DNA of 32,000 nucleotides from Nostoc sp. PCC 7120 = FACHB-418 (lineage in GTDB: Bacteria; Cyanobacteriota; Cyanobacteriia; Cyanobacteriales; Nostocaceae): NCBI RefSeq assembly GCF_000009705.1, contig NC_003272.1, forward strand, positions 3,930,001 through 3,962,000, read 5' to 3'. The translations under genes were made by a program, and so were the position numbers. Positions 18,071 through 26,860 of the stretch are shown piece by piece. The notes beneath the pieces are model-generated. The model worked only from the letters and a program-made list of their open reading frames with translations. It was not told the origin of the DNA and ran no database searches. The stretch's first letter is position 1. The number at the start of each line of letters is the position of its first letter.

Positions 18071-20740
18071 TTAATTTTCTACGGAAACATAACTAAACTC
18101 TGGGGGTGAAGCAGCTAAAACCTCTGATATACCCTGAAGTAATTTTTCTGCTTCTACGGGTTTAACTAAGTGCAGTTGAAAGCCAGCAGCTAGTGCCTGT
18201 TTTTGGTTGATTTCTCCAGCATAAGCAGTTAGGGCGATCGCTGGAATTTTACCACCTTTTGCTGAAGGCATGGCTCGAATTAACTGCATCAACATATAAC
18301 CATCTATTCCTGGCATTCCGATATCACTTAAGAGCAAATCGACTTTAGTTCTGGCTATTACCTCTAAAGCTTCACCTGCTGATGTCACTGCTGTTACTTC
18401 GGCTCCAGATTGTTCTAACATTAATGTCAGGAATTCGCCTGTATCAACATCATCATCTACTACCAAAATATACAGTCCACCTAAACTCCAAGTATTATCT
18501 GGCTGTCCCACTTGTGGAACTTTCTGCGGCGCGTTAAGCATTAATGGTAAATTGACTGTAAATATTGCACCCATTCCTTCCCCTGCACTTTCTGCTTTCA
18601 CTGTGCCACCATGCAGTTCTGTGAGATGCTTAACAATAGCCAACCCTAATCCTAAACCGCCAAATTGTCTAGTTATTGTGCCATCTGCTTGACGAAAATA
18701 CTCAAAGACATAAGGTAGAAATTCTGAACTTATTCCCTTACCATTATCTTGAATTTGAATTTGGGCAGAATTATTAACTCTTTCTAAGACTACCTGTATT
18801 TGTCCTGCGGGAGGAGTGAATTTAATGGCATTAGCAAGCAAGTTCCAGATAATTTGTTGCAAACGAGCCGCATCACCTGCAACCATGCCAACATTTACAC
18901 CTAGTGCAGTTTTAATATGAATACTTTTCGCCTCTATTGCTAGACGTACAGTCTCTAAAGCCTCTTCAATCGTATGAACTAAATTTACAGATTGAATATT
19001 TAAGCTTAATTTCCCTTGCTGAATGCGAGAGACATCTAATAAATCTTCAATAAGTTGAATTTGTAATTTAGCATTCCGCTCAATTGTTTCTATCCCCCGT
19101 CGGCGCGTAGCTTCTTCCAGATTCCGCTTTTTCAGTAGAGTTGCCCAACCTAAAATCGGGTTAAGCGGAGTACGCAATTCGTGAGAAAGAACTGCCAGAA
19201 AATCATCCTTTAAACGATTAGCTCTTTCAGCTTCGCCTCTAGCGATTTGCTCACGCATCAGCAGATATTCCCGTTCTTGTTCTGCTTGTTTACGTTCAGT
19301 AATATTCCGAAAAAATATCCCTAAGCCATCTTCGGACGGATAGGCATGGACTTCAAGCCACATATCCCATAGTTCGTACAATATCTCAAAATGGACTGGA
19401 ATATTTTCAGCTAGCGATCGCCTATATTCTCGCTCAAAGTCTGTACCTTTGGTTCTCGTCCACTGTTCCCAGTAGTTCTTGCCAATCAAGTCTTCTGGTT
19501 CTAAATCTTGAATTTTTGCCGCTTGGTGATTGCAATATGTAATATCCCAATCTCGATTCACTGCTATAAAAGCATCCGTCATACTTGACAAAATATTGCT
19601 CAACCGACTGCGGAGTGCTTGTTCACGCTGAAGTAATTCATCTTTTTCTCGATGGGATTCTTCTAAACAATCATTGATTGCCACCAGCGACTCGTTGAGT
19701 TGGATAAGTTTTTCTGATAATTCTGCGCGGGTTTGGTATTCCCCACGACGCACTTTTTCTACTGCTAACTCTACTTGAATACTCGACCTTTCAGTAATAG
19801 CAATGCCCACAAATAAACTTACAGCACACTGTACCAATAGGCTCAATTTGTGGACGTGTAAAACTTCCGCTTGTACTGGAAAAGTGGCTAAATACATTGC
19901 TTTAGGGTAAGCAACTAAGTAAGCAAATAGCGTTACTAATACACAGAAACTTGAGGTTAACATCCCACTAGTTACGCCAAAGCGGGTTGCAGCCCATAAA
20001 ACTGGAACAAAGCCTAAAAAAGACAACTGTTGCAACTTAAATCCGTTTTGATTAGTTTCAGCCACGGTTAAGGTTGCTATAGCTAAACAAAGTAGTAATA
20101 TGGCGCTGAATTCTAATAAGAGGCACCGAGAAGGATGGAAATTCTGAGAAACAAATCCAGAATTTAGTGATTCGGTAGGGTGTAACCAGCCTTGAGATTG
20201 AAAATAGGGTGTAAAAACTAACAAGGCAGTAGGCGCAATCGCCATAACTCCAATTGCATTACCTAACCACCAATGGGGTATGTTGGAACTCAAACTAGCG
20301 AGAGGCATTTTGCCTATAGCGACAAGACATACACTTCCAATTATCGCCAAAGTAGCGCAGGCGACGAGGGGGGCGCTAACAGTAAAAAGAGTGGCATCTT
20401 TAAGGGTATTAATGGTTCGAGAACCTTTCCAGAGACGGCGGTACAGTAACCAAGCGCTCAGAGGCTCGATGATATCGACAAGAGCTATTAATCGCTCCCA
20501 ACCATGTAAACCCCAAAAAGGAGACATAAGAAAAGAAGCCAATCCAGTCAGGATAATACCACAAGGGCCGAACCAAAAAGTTAAAGCGATCGCCACACCT
20601 GATGGAGGAAACCACAAAGACACTCCCGGCTGAATGCGGTAAATCAGCGCCATCCCATGAGCAATAACCAGAGCGAATAAGCCCAACAGTGAAATCATCA
20701 GCCATCTACGCATGATGGCAATTTTCATTGAGTCTGTCAT
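18071..20740 (-). CDS. Hybrid sensor histidine kinase (MASE1-like membrane domain, coiled coil, PAS, HisKA, HATPase_c, receiver)
   Basis: The N-terminal ~320 aa are polytopic membrane region. The PAS region is TDAFIAVNRDWDITYCN. The H-box is FLAVLSHELRTPLNPILGW, the N/G boxes are NLLANAIKFTP...DNGKGI...GGLGLGLAIV, and the C-terminal receiver is ILVVDDD...LLLSDIGMPGIDGY...KP. Confidence 0.92.
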   Translation of the reverse strand: MTDSMKIAIMRRWLMISLLGLFALVIAHGMALIYRIQPGVSLWFPPSGVAIALTFWFGPCGIILTGLASFLMSPFWGLHGWERLIALVDIIEPLSAWLLYRRLWKGSRTINTLKDATLFTVSAPLVACATLAIIGSVCLVAIGKMPLASLSSNIPHWWLGNAIGVMAIAPTALLVFTPYFQSQGWLHPTESLNSGFVSQNFHPSRCLLLEFSAILLLCLAIATLTVAETNQNGFKLQQLSFLGFVPVLWAATRFGVTSGMLTSSFCVLVTLFAYLVAYPKAMYLATFPVQAEVLHVHKLSLLVQCAVSLFVGIAITERSSIQVELAVEKVRRGEYQTRAELSEKLIQLNESLVAINDCLEESHREKDELLQREQALRSRLSNILSSMTDAFIAVNRDWDITYCNHQAAKIQDLEPEDLIGKNYWEQWTRTKGTDFEREYRRSLAENIPVHFEILYELWDMWLEVHAYPSEDGLGIFFRNITERKQAEQEREYLLMREQIARGEAERANRLKDDFLAVLSHELRTPLNPILGWATLLKKRNLEEATRRRGIETIERNAKLQIQLIEDLLDVSRIQQGKLSLNIQSVNLVHTIEEALETVRLAIEAKSIHIKTALGVNVGMVAGDAARLQQIIWNLLANAIKFTPPAGQIQVVLERVNNSAQIQIQDNGKGISSEFLPYVFEYFRQADGTITRQFGGLGLGLAIVKHLTELHGGTVKAESAGEGMGAIFTVNLPLMLNAPQKVPQVGQPDNTWSLGGLYILVVDDDVDTGEFLTLMLEQSGAEVTAVTSAGEALEVIARTKVDLLLSDIGMPGIDGYMLMQLIRAMPSAKGGKIPAIALTAYAGEINQKQALAAGFQLHLVKPVEAEKLLQGISEVLAASPPEFSYVSVEN

Positions 20741-21173
20741 GGGTTACATCATCGAAGGGTGCTTTGTGCTTCAGCTCATGCAGTCAACACTTTACCAGTA
20801 AGCATTATGAACTGCTACACCAGTACAAATGAAAACACTTTTTCTCATCATTTTCCATTCAAACTGGAGAGTAATACAATATGCAGCCATATCAGACTAG
20901 CGTAGGAGATCAGTTCTAGTTGGTCAAAGACAATCGCATACTGTCAAACCACTAATATTCTCATCCAATTTTTGCATTTTGCAACTGCTTGATAGTTAAG
21001 ATAATTATCATTTGCAATTTTATACATTACGCTTAGTATAGTTTAGTCCATAGAGAATTTCTAAAGACCGTACCTTATGGTCGAAAAATTTGCCTCTGCC
21101 AGGAAACTCTAGCAACTCTCAGCTAGTCTTCTTCTCAACAGAAGTAAAAAATCTTTATTCTTTATTGAGTTAT

Positions 21174-22112
21174 ATGATTACCAAGATTCCCAATAGTAAT
21201 TATCAAAAAAACAAATGCAGTTTTGATATTAGAGGAGAGAAACACAATTATTTTCTGCCAGTTAATTTATTTATAGGTTTCTGTGCTGCCTTGCCTATTA
21301 CCTTGGCATTACCGGTAGAAGCTTTGCAAGTACAGATAAATCCTAAAAATCCCCGCCTGGGGGATACAGTTTCTGTAGTGATCAATTTAGATAATCCAGA
21401 CAACACCAATAACCCAACCGTGTCTGTTGGAGAGAAAACGTACCCAGTTTTTGCAGTATCCCCCAATAAGTATCGGGCATTCATACCCACAACCCCCTTA
21501 GAAAAGCCAGGCACTAGAAAAATTAGAGTATCTGGTAATGGCCAAGTTCAAGAGTTATCAGTGCCAGTAGTTACTCGTAGGTTTCCTGTACAACGCATTA
21601 CTTTGCCACCGGGTAAATCTGCTGATGGTGCTACTCAACACGAACTTAATCGTGCAGCTGCTTTCAAAGCGTTACAAACACCACAAAAGTACTGGAATGG
21701 TAAATTCCTCAGACCAAATAACGGTCGTATCAGCACTATTTATGGTGTACGTCGCTACTATAATGGTAAATTTGCCAATGACTATTACCATCGTGGTCTA
21801 GACTACGCTGGTGCAGCAGGTTCGCGTGTAGTCGCCCCAGCTGCTGGAAAAGTAGCTTTAGTCGGTACTGTAGCCCAAGGATTTCGGGTTCATGGTAATA
21901 CAGTAGGCATTGACCACGGTCAAGGAGTTGTCAGTATTTTCCTGCACCTGAATCGAATTAATGTCAAAGAAGGCGATTTGGTGAAAGCTGGACAATTAAT
22001 TGGCACAGTTGGTTCTACAGGGGCTTCTACCGGGCCGCACCTACACTGGGGTTTGTATGTTAACGGTCTATCTATTGACCCAACCTCATGGAAAAACAAA
22101 ACTTTTGAATAA
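21174..22112 (+). CDS. M23-family (LytM-type) peptidoglycan metalloendopeptidase
   Basis: HRGLDYAGAAGSRVVAPAAGKV...GNTVGIDHGQGV.SIFLHL...GTVGSTGASTGPHLHWGLYVNG carries the HxxxD and HxH zinc motifs. The N-terminal hydrophobic segment is NLFIGFCAALPITLALP. The track starts at TTG 21090, and the first ATG is at 21174. Confidence 0.85.
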   Translation: MITKIPNSNYQKNKCSFDIRGEKHNYFLPVNLFIGFCAALPITLALPVEALQVQINPKNPRLGDTVSVVINLDNPDNTNNPTVSVGEKTYPVFAVSPNKYRAFIPTTPLEKPGTRKIRVSGNGQVQELSVPVVTRRFPVQRITLPPGKSADGATQHELNRAAAFKALQTPQKYWNGKFLRPNNGRISTIYGVRRYYNGKFANDYYHRGLDYAGAAGSRVVAPAAGKVALVGTVAQGFRVHGNTVGIDHGQGVVSIFLHLNRINVKEGDLVKAGQLIGTVGSTGASTGPHLHWGLYVNGLSIDPTSWKNKTFE

Positions 22113-22231
22113 TAGAGGCGTAATTAATCGTTTCTGTTGTTGACTTTGTATATTTTTTGTCGATAATGAGTTAGACAAAATAAGTTTGAATCGGTTCCGT
22201 CCTTACCTTGCTTGGGTGGCTTAAATTTAAG

Positions 22232-22780
22232 ATGAGCGTTATGAGTATCGAGAAAATTGTAGAACAAGCTCTCCAGGATGGTTATCTTACGCCAGCAATG
22301 GAAGCAGAAGTTGGACGCATCTGTGATAACGCCTCAGAACTCTCAATAGAAGAGTATATGGCGTTGGATAGGTTGATGGGAGCGTTATTGACTGGTGAGG
22401 TAGTGGCGGTTCCTCGCAAGCAGTTCATTAACGTGATGGAAGAGTTGGTATTAACCGAAGCGATCGCCAGAGTAGCAGAAATTGAAGCTACTAGCGAGAG
22501 TTCCATCGATGTCGGGGATATTGCCGCTTATGCCCTCAACCGCTTACCCCCCTTATACGCCACCACTGAAGAAGGTGCTAGCTACCAGCGCATACGCGCC
22601 AAAGCAGAACTTCAGGAATTAATTGCCCAGCAGGTAAGTGAGGCAATCAACCTTAATCTTGATCAGCCAAACGACAACAGAACACCTGTGTCAACAAAAA
22701 CCACTGGCAATGAAGTCTTACGTCAAGTTAGCAGTTTATTACAGGTCTACGCCCCTAGTTTTGAGCAGAAGTCTTCATAA
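22232..22780 (+). CDS. ComFB-family protein (late competence development ComFB domain; family reported as cyclic-di-nucleotide receptors in cyanobacteria)
   Basis: NVMEELVLTEAIARV...DIAAYALNRLPPLYATTEEGASYQR is, from memory, the ComFB-domain core. The start is uncertain (ATG 22232 or 22241; the track uses TTG 22208). Confidence 0.65.
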   Translation: MSVMSIEKIVEQALQDGYLTPAMEAEVGRICDNASELSIEEYMALDRLMGALLTGEVVAVPRKQFINVMEELVLTEAIARVAEIEATSESSIDVGDIAAYALNRLPPLYATTEEGASYQRIRAKAELQELIAQQVSEAINLNLDQPNDNRTPVSTKTTGNEVLRQVSSLLQVYAPSFEQKSS

Positions 22781-22854
22781 TTAGTCAGTTGTCAGTTGTT
22801 AGTCGTTACTTTTTCGGTTTTACCACTGACCAATGACTACTTACAACTGACTAA
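22781..22854. repeat. Inverted STRR-like heptamer arrays forming a long hairpin between the convergent ComFB and ldt genes
   Basis: The left arm is TTAGTCAGTTGT CAGTTGT TAGTCGT. The right arm is ACCACTG ACCAATG ACTACTT ACAACTG ACTAA. The outer 12 bp (22781-22792 / 22843-22854) are perfectly complementary. The reverse complement of the right arm contains TTGGTCA (STRR2). The array overlaps the ldt stop codon. Confidence 0.65.
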
Positions 22855-23669
22855 TCCTGCACTATCACAGGTGTACCTAATTCTACTTGGTCATAAAGCA
22901 AACGGACATCAGAATTACGCATCCTCAGACAGCCGTGAGAAATCGCTGTTCCCAGAAGATGAGTGTCTGGTGTACCGTGAAAGCCGATTTTATTACGTCC
23001 ATCAGACCAAAAACCAATCCATCTTTCCCCTAAAGGACTATCAACACCGGCAGGGAATATTTTGCCTGTGATGGGGTGTCGCCAGATGGGATCGTGTTCC
23101 ATGTGTGACACATTGAAAGTACCCGTAGGTGTTTCCCAACCCCTCTTACCGATAGCAATTGGGTAACTAGCTATAACTATATCTCCAGCATAAACGTAAG
23201 TGCGGCGATCGCTTAAATCAACCACCACTTCCTTCTTGGTATTTCCTAGCTTATTAGATGTTTTTTTATGTGCCGCAGGTTGAGATAATCGTAACTGACT
23301 TTGATCTGATAAATCAGCGTTTTTTCTTGATTCTGGTGTTAGTAACTGTGTTTTTTTAGGTGAGTTAGTCGCTAAAGCTACATTTTGGCTAACAGTATCC
23401 GACTTATTATGAGATTTAATAGCCGAAGACTGCGGTTGAGATAGTTTATCTGGAGTAGTGGCACCAAAGGGTGCAGGTGCGCCAAAAGCGGTTTCGCCTA
23501 AACCCCCCGTATAAACCTCTCCAGGGCGGCTTGCTGTGGTGGGGACTGGCTTTTTAAACTGACCCTGCGCTGTAGTAATGCGCCAATGCACAGCTAACGA
23601 TAATATGGCTGTGCCAAAGCAGAGAAACATTACCATACGCCCTACAGATTCATTTCTTACCATTGCCAT
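22851..23669 (-). CDS. L,D-transpeptidase (YkuD domain) with an N-terminal membrane anchor
   Basis: SYPIAIGKRGWETPTGTFNV...GFHGTPDTHLLGTAISHGCLRMRNSDVRLLY carries the catalytic H..SHGC(I/L)R motif. The anchor is MVMFLCFGTAILSLAV. Confidence 0.9.
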   Translation of the reverse strand: MAMVRNESVGRMVMFLCFGTAILSLAVHWRITTAQGQFKKPVPTTASRPGEVYTGGLGETAFGAPAPFGATTPDKLSQPQSSAIKSHNKSDTVSQNVALATNSPKKTQLLTPESRKNADLSDQSQLRLSQPAAHKKTSNKLGNTKKEVVVDLSDRRTYVYAGDIVIASYPIAIGKRGWETPTGTFNVSHMEHDPIWRHPITGKIFPAGVDSPLGERWIGFWSDGRNKIGFHGTPDTHLLGTAISHGCLRMRNSDVRLLYDQVELGTPVIVQD

Positions 23670-23941
23670 CGCCTATTGTTTATCCCTGACATATTCAGCC
23701 GACCAATTGAACATTTTTATTCTCTAATTATCAAGAATTTATAAATTCTTATCTGTTCCCTCATAACTATGCCTATACACTTGGGCAGACTAAGGGTATA
23801 TGGGCATTACTGATAGACAAATTCTGGAGCAGAAATTTGTTTTGCTGAAGTGTCGAGGAGAAAAATTTTAACATCGAACTTACTGGCGGCACTTTCCCAG
23901 TGCCGCAATCATTCTTTAGTGGTGTGGGTGGGAGAAAGACC

Positions 23942-24094
23942 ATGTTAGAAAAACTATGGCTAGCAGTCACGATTACATTTGCCCTCAATTTATTTTTTCA
24001 GGTTCACGTCCATGATCAAACCAATTCTGGTGCCATTTATCAACAAAATATAGATACATCAACAACAATTTTGGTCAAAATACCGGAAAAATGA
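23942..24094 (+). CDS. Possible 50-aa small membrane protein
   Basis: The ATG is preceded by GGGAGAAAG. MLEKLWLAVTITFALNLFFQV is one predicted TM helix, followed by a polar tail. It is the only plausible ORF in the 1.2-kb gap upstream of the sigma gene, and I recognised no homology. Confidence 0.3.
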   Translation: MLEKLWLAVTITFALNLFFQVHVHDQTNSGAIYQQNIDTSTTILVKIPEK

Positions 24095-24894
24095 CACTTC
24101 CCAGTTACTACAGACCCAGAAATTTCTGATCCTAAATTTTCCTGGTATCCGACTTAAAAGCATTAGCGAAGCAGTTTTTGAATTTGAGTTGAGAATTACT
24201 TTCTGGGTCTAGATGATGTACATCACTCTGCCTTATTATTTTTCAGGTTGGTATTATTACTAATAATAGAGTCTAATAGAGCTAGTTTCTGTCAGCCAAA
24301 TAACTAAGTTTTCTATTTCATCAGGATCAACATATCTCGTAATTCAAGCAGGAAATTTGGACATATTATGTAGACTCTAGAAGACAGACTCGGACAATTT
24401 ATTATGTTATGAATTCATATTTATATTGGGGTTGAAAGTGCTGGAATTATGACTTAGTTTTTACTACATTAAGATGCTTTAGAAATAGTAAAATCAATCT
24501 GGTAAAATTTACACGAAAATTATATAAAAATTACTTTCCTCCCTTTTTATTTTTCTTATACATAGATAATTTTCTATGAAAACCAGTTGCAGAGTCACTT
24601 AATTAGTAAATAACAATCTGCGTATTGATAAAATAGCTTTCAACCATATATTTATGATTTTGTCAACCATAGTTAGTCACTTGGCATTAGCTCCACAACC
24701 ATCTGTAATATAGCCTTGACTTGGCAGATGAACAAAAAGAATCCCCAAGAACAAGATTGACGTTGTGCGTCAGAACAAATGCACCCAATATCCAAGAAGT
24801 CAGTGTTACAGTCTTAAATCCGTCACGTAATTCAGGAACAAGTGGCCCATTAGCAGGTCTAATAGATAGGGATGAATTAACGCCAGTACGATCT

Positions 24895-25551
24895 ATGAGT
24901 CAATCGATTACTGTATCCTGGTCAACGGTTGATGCGAGGTGTCCAGAAGCATCGGTGCAAGTTGACAAACTCTCGAACCACGATTTAATCTTGCGCTGTC
25001 AAGTAGGGCTGCGTCCTGATCGTGTTGCGTTTGCCGAGCTATTGCGCCGCTATCAAACCCAGGTTGATAGAGTTTTGTATCACCTAGCCCCTGATTGGTC
25101 AGACAGAGCCGACTTGGCTCAAGAAGTTTGGATTCGCGTGTATCGGAATATTAACCGATTGCAAGAGCCATCTAAGTTTAGGGGCTGGTTGAGCCGGATT
25201 GCTACCAACTTGTTTTATGACGAATTGCGTAAACGCAAGCGGGTTGTAAGTCCTTTGTCATTAGATGCGCCCCGTTCTGTAGATGATGGCGAAATGGATT
25301 GGGAAATTGCTGGAGATACGCCAGGGCCAGAGGAAGAACTGACAACTAGAGAATTTTACGAACAACTGCGAGAGGCGATCGCTGATTTACCAGAAGTATT
25401 CCGGACTACCATTGTTCTGAGGGAAATCGAAGGTATGGCATACGAAGAAATTGCCGAAATCACAGGTGTATCCTTGGGAACAGTCAAGTCGAGAATTGCT
25501 AGAGCTAGATCCAGATTGCAAACTCAATTGCAAACTTATCTTGATGCCTAA
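24895..25551 (+). CDS. sigG: ECF (group 4) sigma-70 factor, SigG-like
   Basis: Region 2 is DLAQEVWIRVYRNINRLQEPSKFRGWLSRIATNLFYDELRKRKR. Region 4 is FRTTIVLREIEGMAYEEIAEITGVSLGTVKSRIARAR. It is followed by an anti-sigma gene, as in the cyanobacterial SigG/SapG pair. The track begins at TTG 24721, while ATG 24895 gives a typical 218 aa. Confidence 0.8.
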   Translation: MSQSITVSWSTVDARCPEASVQVDKLSNHDLILRCQVGLRPDRVAFAELLRRYQTQVDRVLYHLAPDWSDRADLAQEVWIRVYRNINRLQEPSKFRGWLSRIATNLFYDELRKRKRVVSPLSLDAPRSVDDGEMDWEIAGDTPGPEEELTTREFYEQLREAIADLPEVFRTTIVLREIEGMAYEEIAEITGVSLGTVKSRIARARSRLQTQLQTYLDA

Positions 25552-25706
25552 TTTACAATATCTTTAATCTATCCTGTGGGAGAATTTAACTATTGATTAA
25601 GAATTGTGAGGAACCTGCATCGTGCCTCTGCCATCAATAAAAGAATAAATAAACCTCTCAAGGTTGTCCCCCTTCTGCCCGTGGATGAATTGGTAATAAT
25701 GTTAGT

Positions 25707-26312
25707 ATGACTACTGATTCTAATTTTAATGACCCTTGTCGGCGGCAATTTTCGAGAGATTTACCACAAAAGATGGCTAGGCATACCAATGAAGCAACGG
25801 GTGCTATGGATATGGTGAAGCGCGATCGCTTTGAATTATTGAGTGCTTACCTTGATGGAGAGGTGACAGCCGCAGAACGTCGGCAAGTCGAAGACTGGTT
25901 AGCCAACGATGTGGCAGTACAGCGCCTCTATTCCCGACTATTAAAGCTAAGGCAAGGCATACGAACTATGCCCATACCAACAGCCCAACAATCACCAGAA
26001 ACAACAGCAGAGCAAGTATTTGCCAAAGTTAACCGCCGTTCTCGATTAGCTTGGAAATTAGGTGGTGCGGCTGTTGCAGCTTGTGTGATTGGTGCTGTTA
26101 CTAACTGGCTACCAGGGCGGCAAACTGGCATACCCCAACTAGCCCAACAACCCCAAGAACAGCCTACTCAAGCTGTCACCACGCCAGATGCACTGCCCAT
26201 GATAGCCTTGAACAACCCAGTAATTGAAATTCCTAAAGCGGCTGTAGCCTCACCTACCAAATTTATACAGCCGCAGCCACAACTAGGAGAGATTCCCCCA
26301 GATATCAACTAA
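25707..26312 (+). CDS. sapG: Membrane-spanning anti-sigma factor (SapG-like)
   Basis: FELLSAYLDGEVTAAERRQVEDWLANDVAVQRLYSRLLKLR is the typical anti-sigma N-terminal helix motif. There is a single TM (LAWKLGGAAVAACVIGAVTNWL) and a Pro/Gln-rich periplasmic tail. The true start may be ATG 25806 or 25812. Confidence 0.7.
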   Translation: MTTDSNFNDPCRRQFSRDLPQKMARHTNEATGAMDMVKRDRFELLSAYLDGEVTAAERRQVEDWLANDVAVQRLYSRLLKLRQGIRTMPIPTAQQSPETTAEQVFAKVNRRSRLAWKLGGAAVAACVIGAVTNWLPGRQTGIPQLAQQPQEQPTQAVTTPDALPMIALNNPVIEIPKAAVASPTKFIQPQPQLGEIPPDIN

Positions 26313-26776
26313 TCATCAAGTACGTAGTCAGCAGTTTGGTGATGAGATTTATTGTCGCTATTCCACCAACCATCAGGTAGGTGAACACCTTTTAGCATCT
26401 CCACTTTCGCTGGGTTCATCAAATATACCCACGCCCAACCGAGAGACAAACCCAGGGGATTTTTTACTTCAACCTCCAGGCGATTGTAAAGATTCTCTGA
26501 CATTTCTCCCTCAGGCTGATAATCTTCTAGCTCGTCTAAAGCATCTAGAATTCCTAAATCAGCAAAAGAAAGTAAATATCCATGAACGGTACTTTCCCCA
26601 ATCGTCATGGCTGGGTAGCCTATTGGCAAAGCAAATAACTGACCTAGTGTAGTTGCTTTTTGGGCTAATACTACCTTGCCAGCACAATATCTTTGATAAT
26701 TTTCTTCACCTGGTTTGAGAGTGCCGTACACAAAAATCCGCACTCCGCCAGAAAATTTTGTCTTTAATTGTGTCAT
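26309..26776 (-). CDS. Gamma-glutamylcyclotransferase-like (AIG2/GGACT family) protein
   Basis: RIFVYGTLKPGEENY...LPIGYPAM...VHGYLLSF...LDELEDY is the YGTL(K/R).G motif plus the catalytic-Glu region of GGCT-fold proteins. The start is taken at ATG 26776, because the track's upstream extension to 26908 would overlap leuS. Confidence 0.75.
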   Translation of the reverse strand: MTQLKTKFSGGVRIFVYGTLKPGEENYQRYCAGKVVLAQKATTLGQLFALPIGYPAMTIGESTVHGYLLSFADLGILDALDELEDYQPEGEMSENLYNRLEVEVKNPLGLSLGWAWVYLMNPAKVEMLKGVHLPDGWWNSDNKSHHQTADYVLDD

Positions 26777-26860
26777 CCCTTTTTTAACCGACTGATTCCT
26801 TTGCCTACCATCATCTACAATATGTAGGCAAACAAGATTACAGAGCCAGTAGGAGAATTT

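Noticed and set aside
20280-20705. ORFs 20280..20633 (+) and 20409..20705 (-), and similar internal ORFs in leuS, hemL and the 17177..18058 gene
   Set aside because: All lie inside, or in alternative frames of, long and confidently identified genes. They are out-of-frame or antisense noise.
24721-24894. 58-codon N-terminal extension of the ECF sigma gene from TTG 24721
   Set aside because: ECF sigma factors are about 180-220 aa and region 2 begins shortly after Met-59. The extension has no sigma-like sequence, so it is more likely 5' leader.
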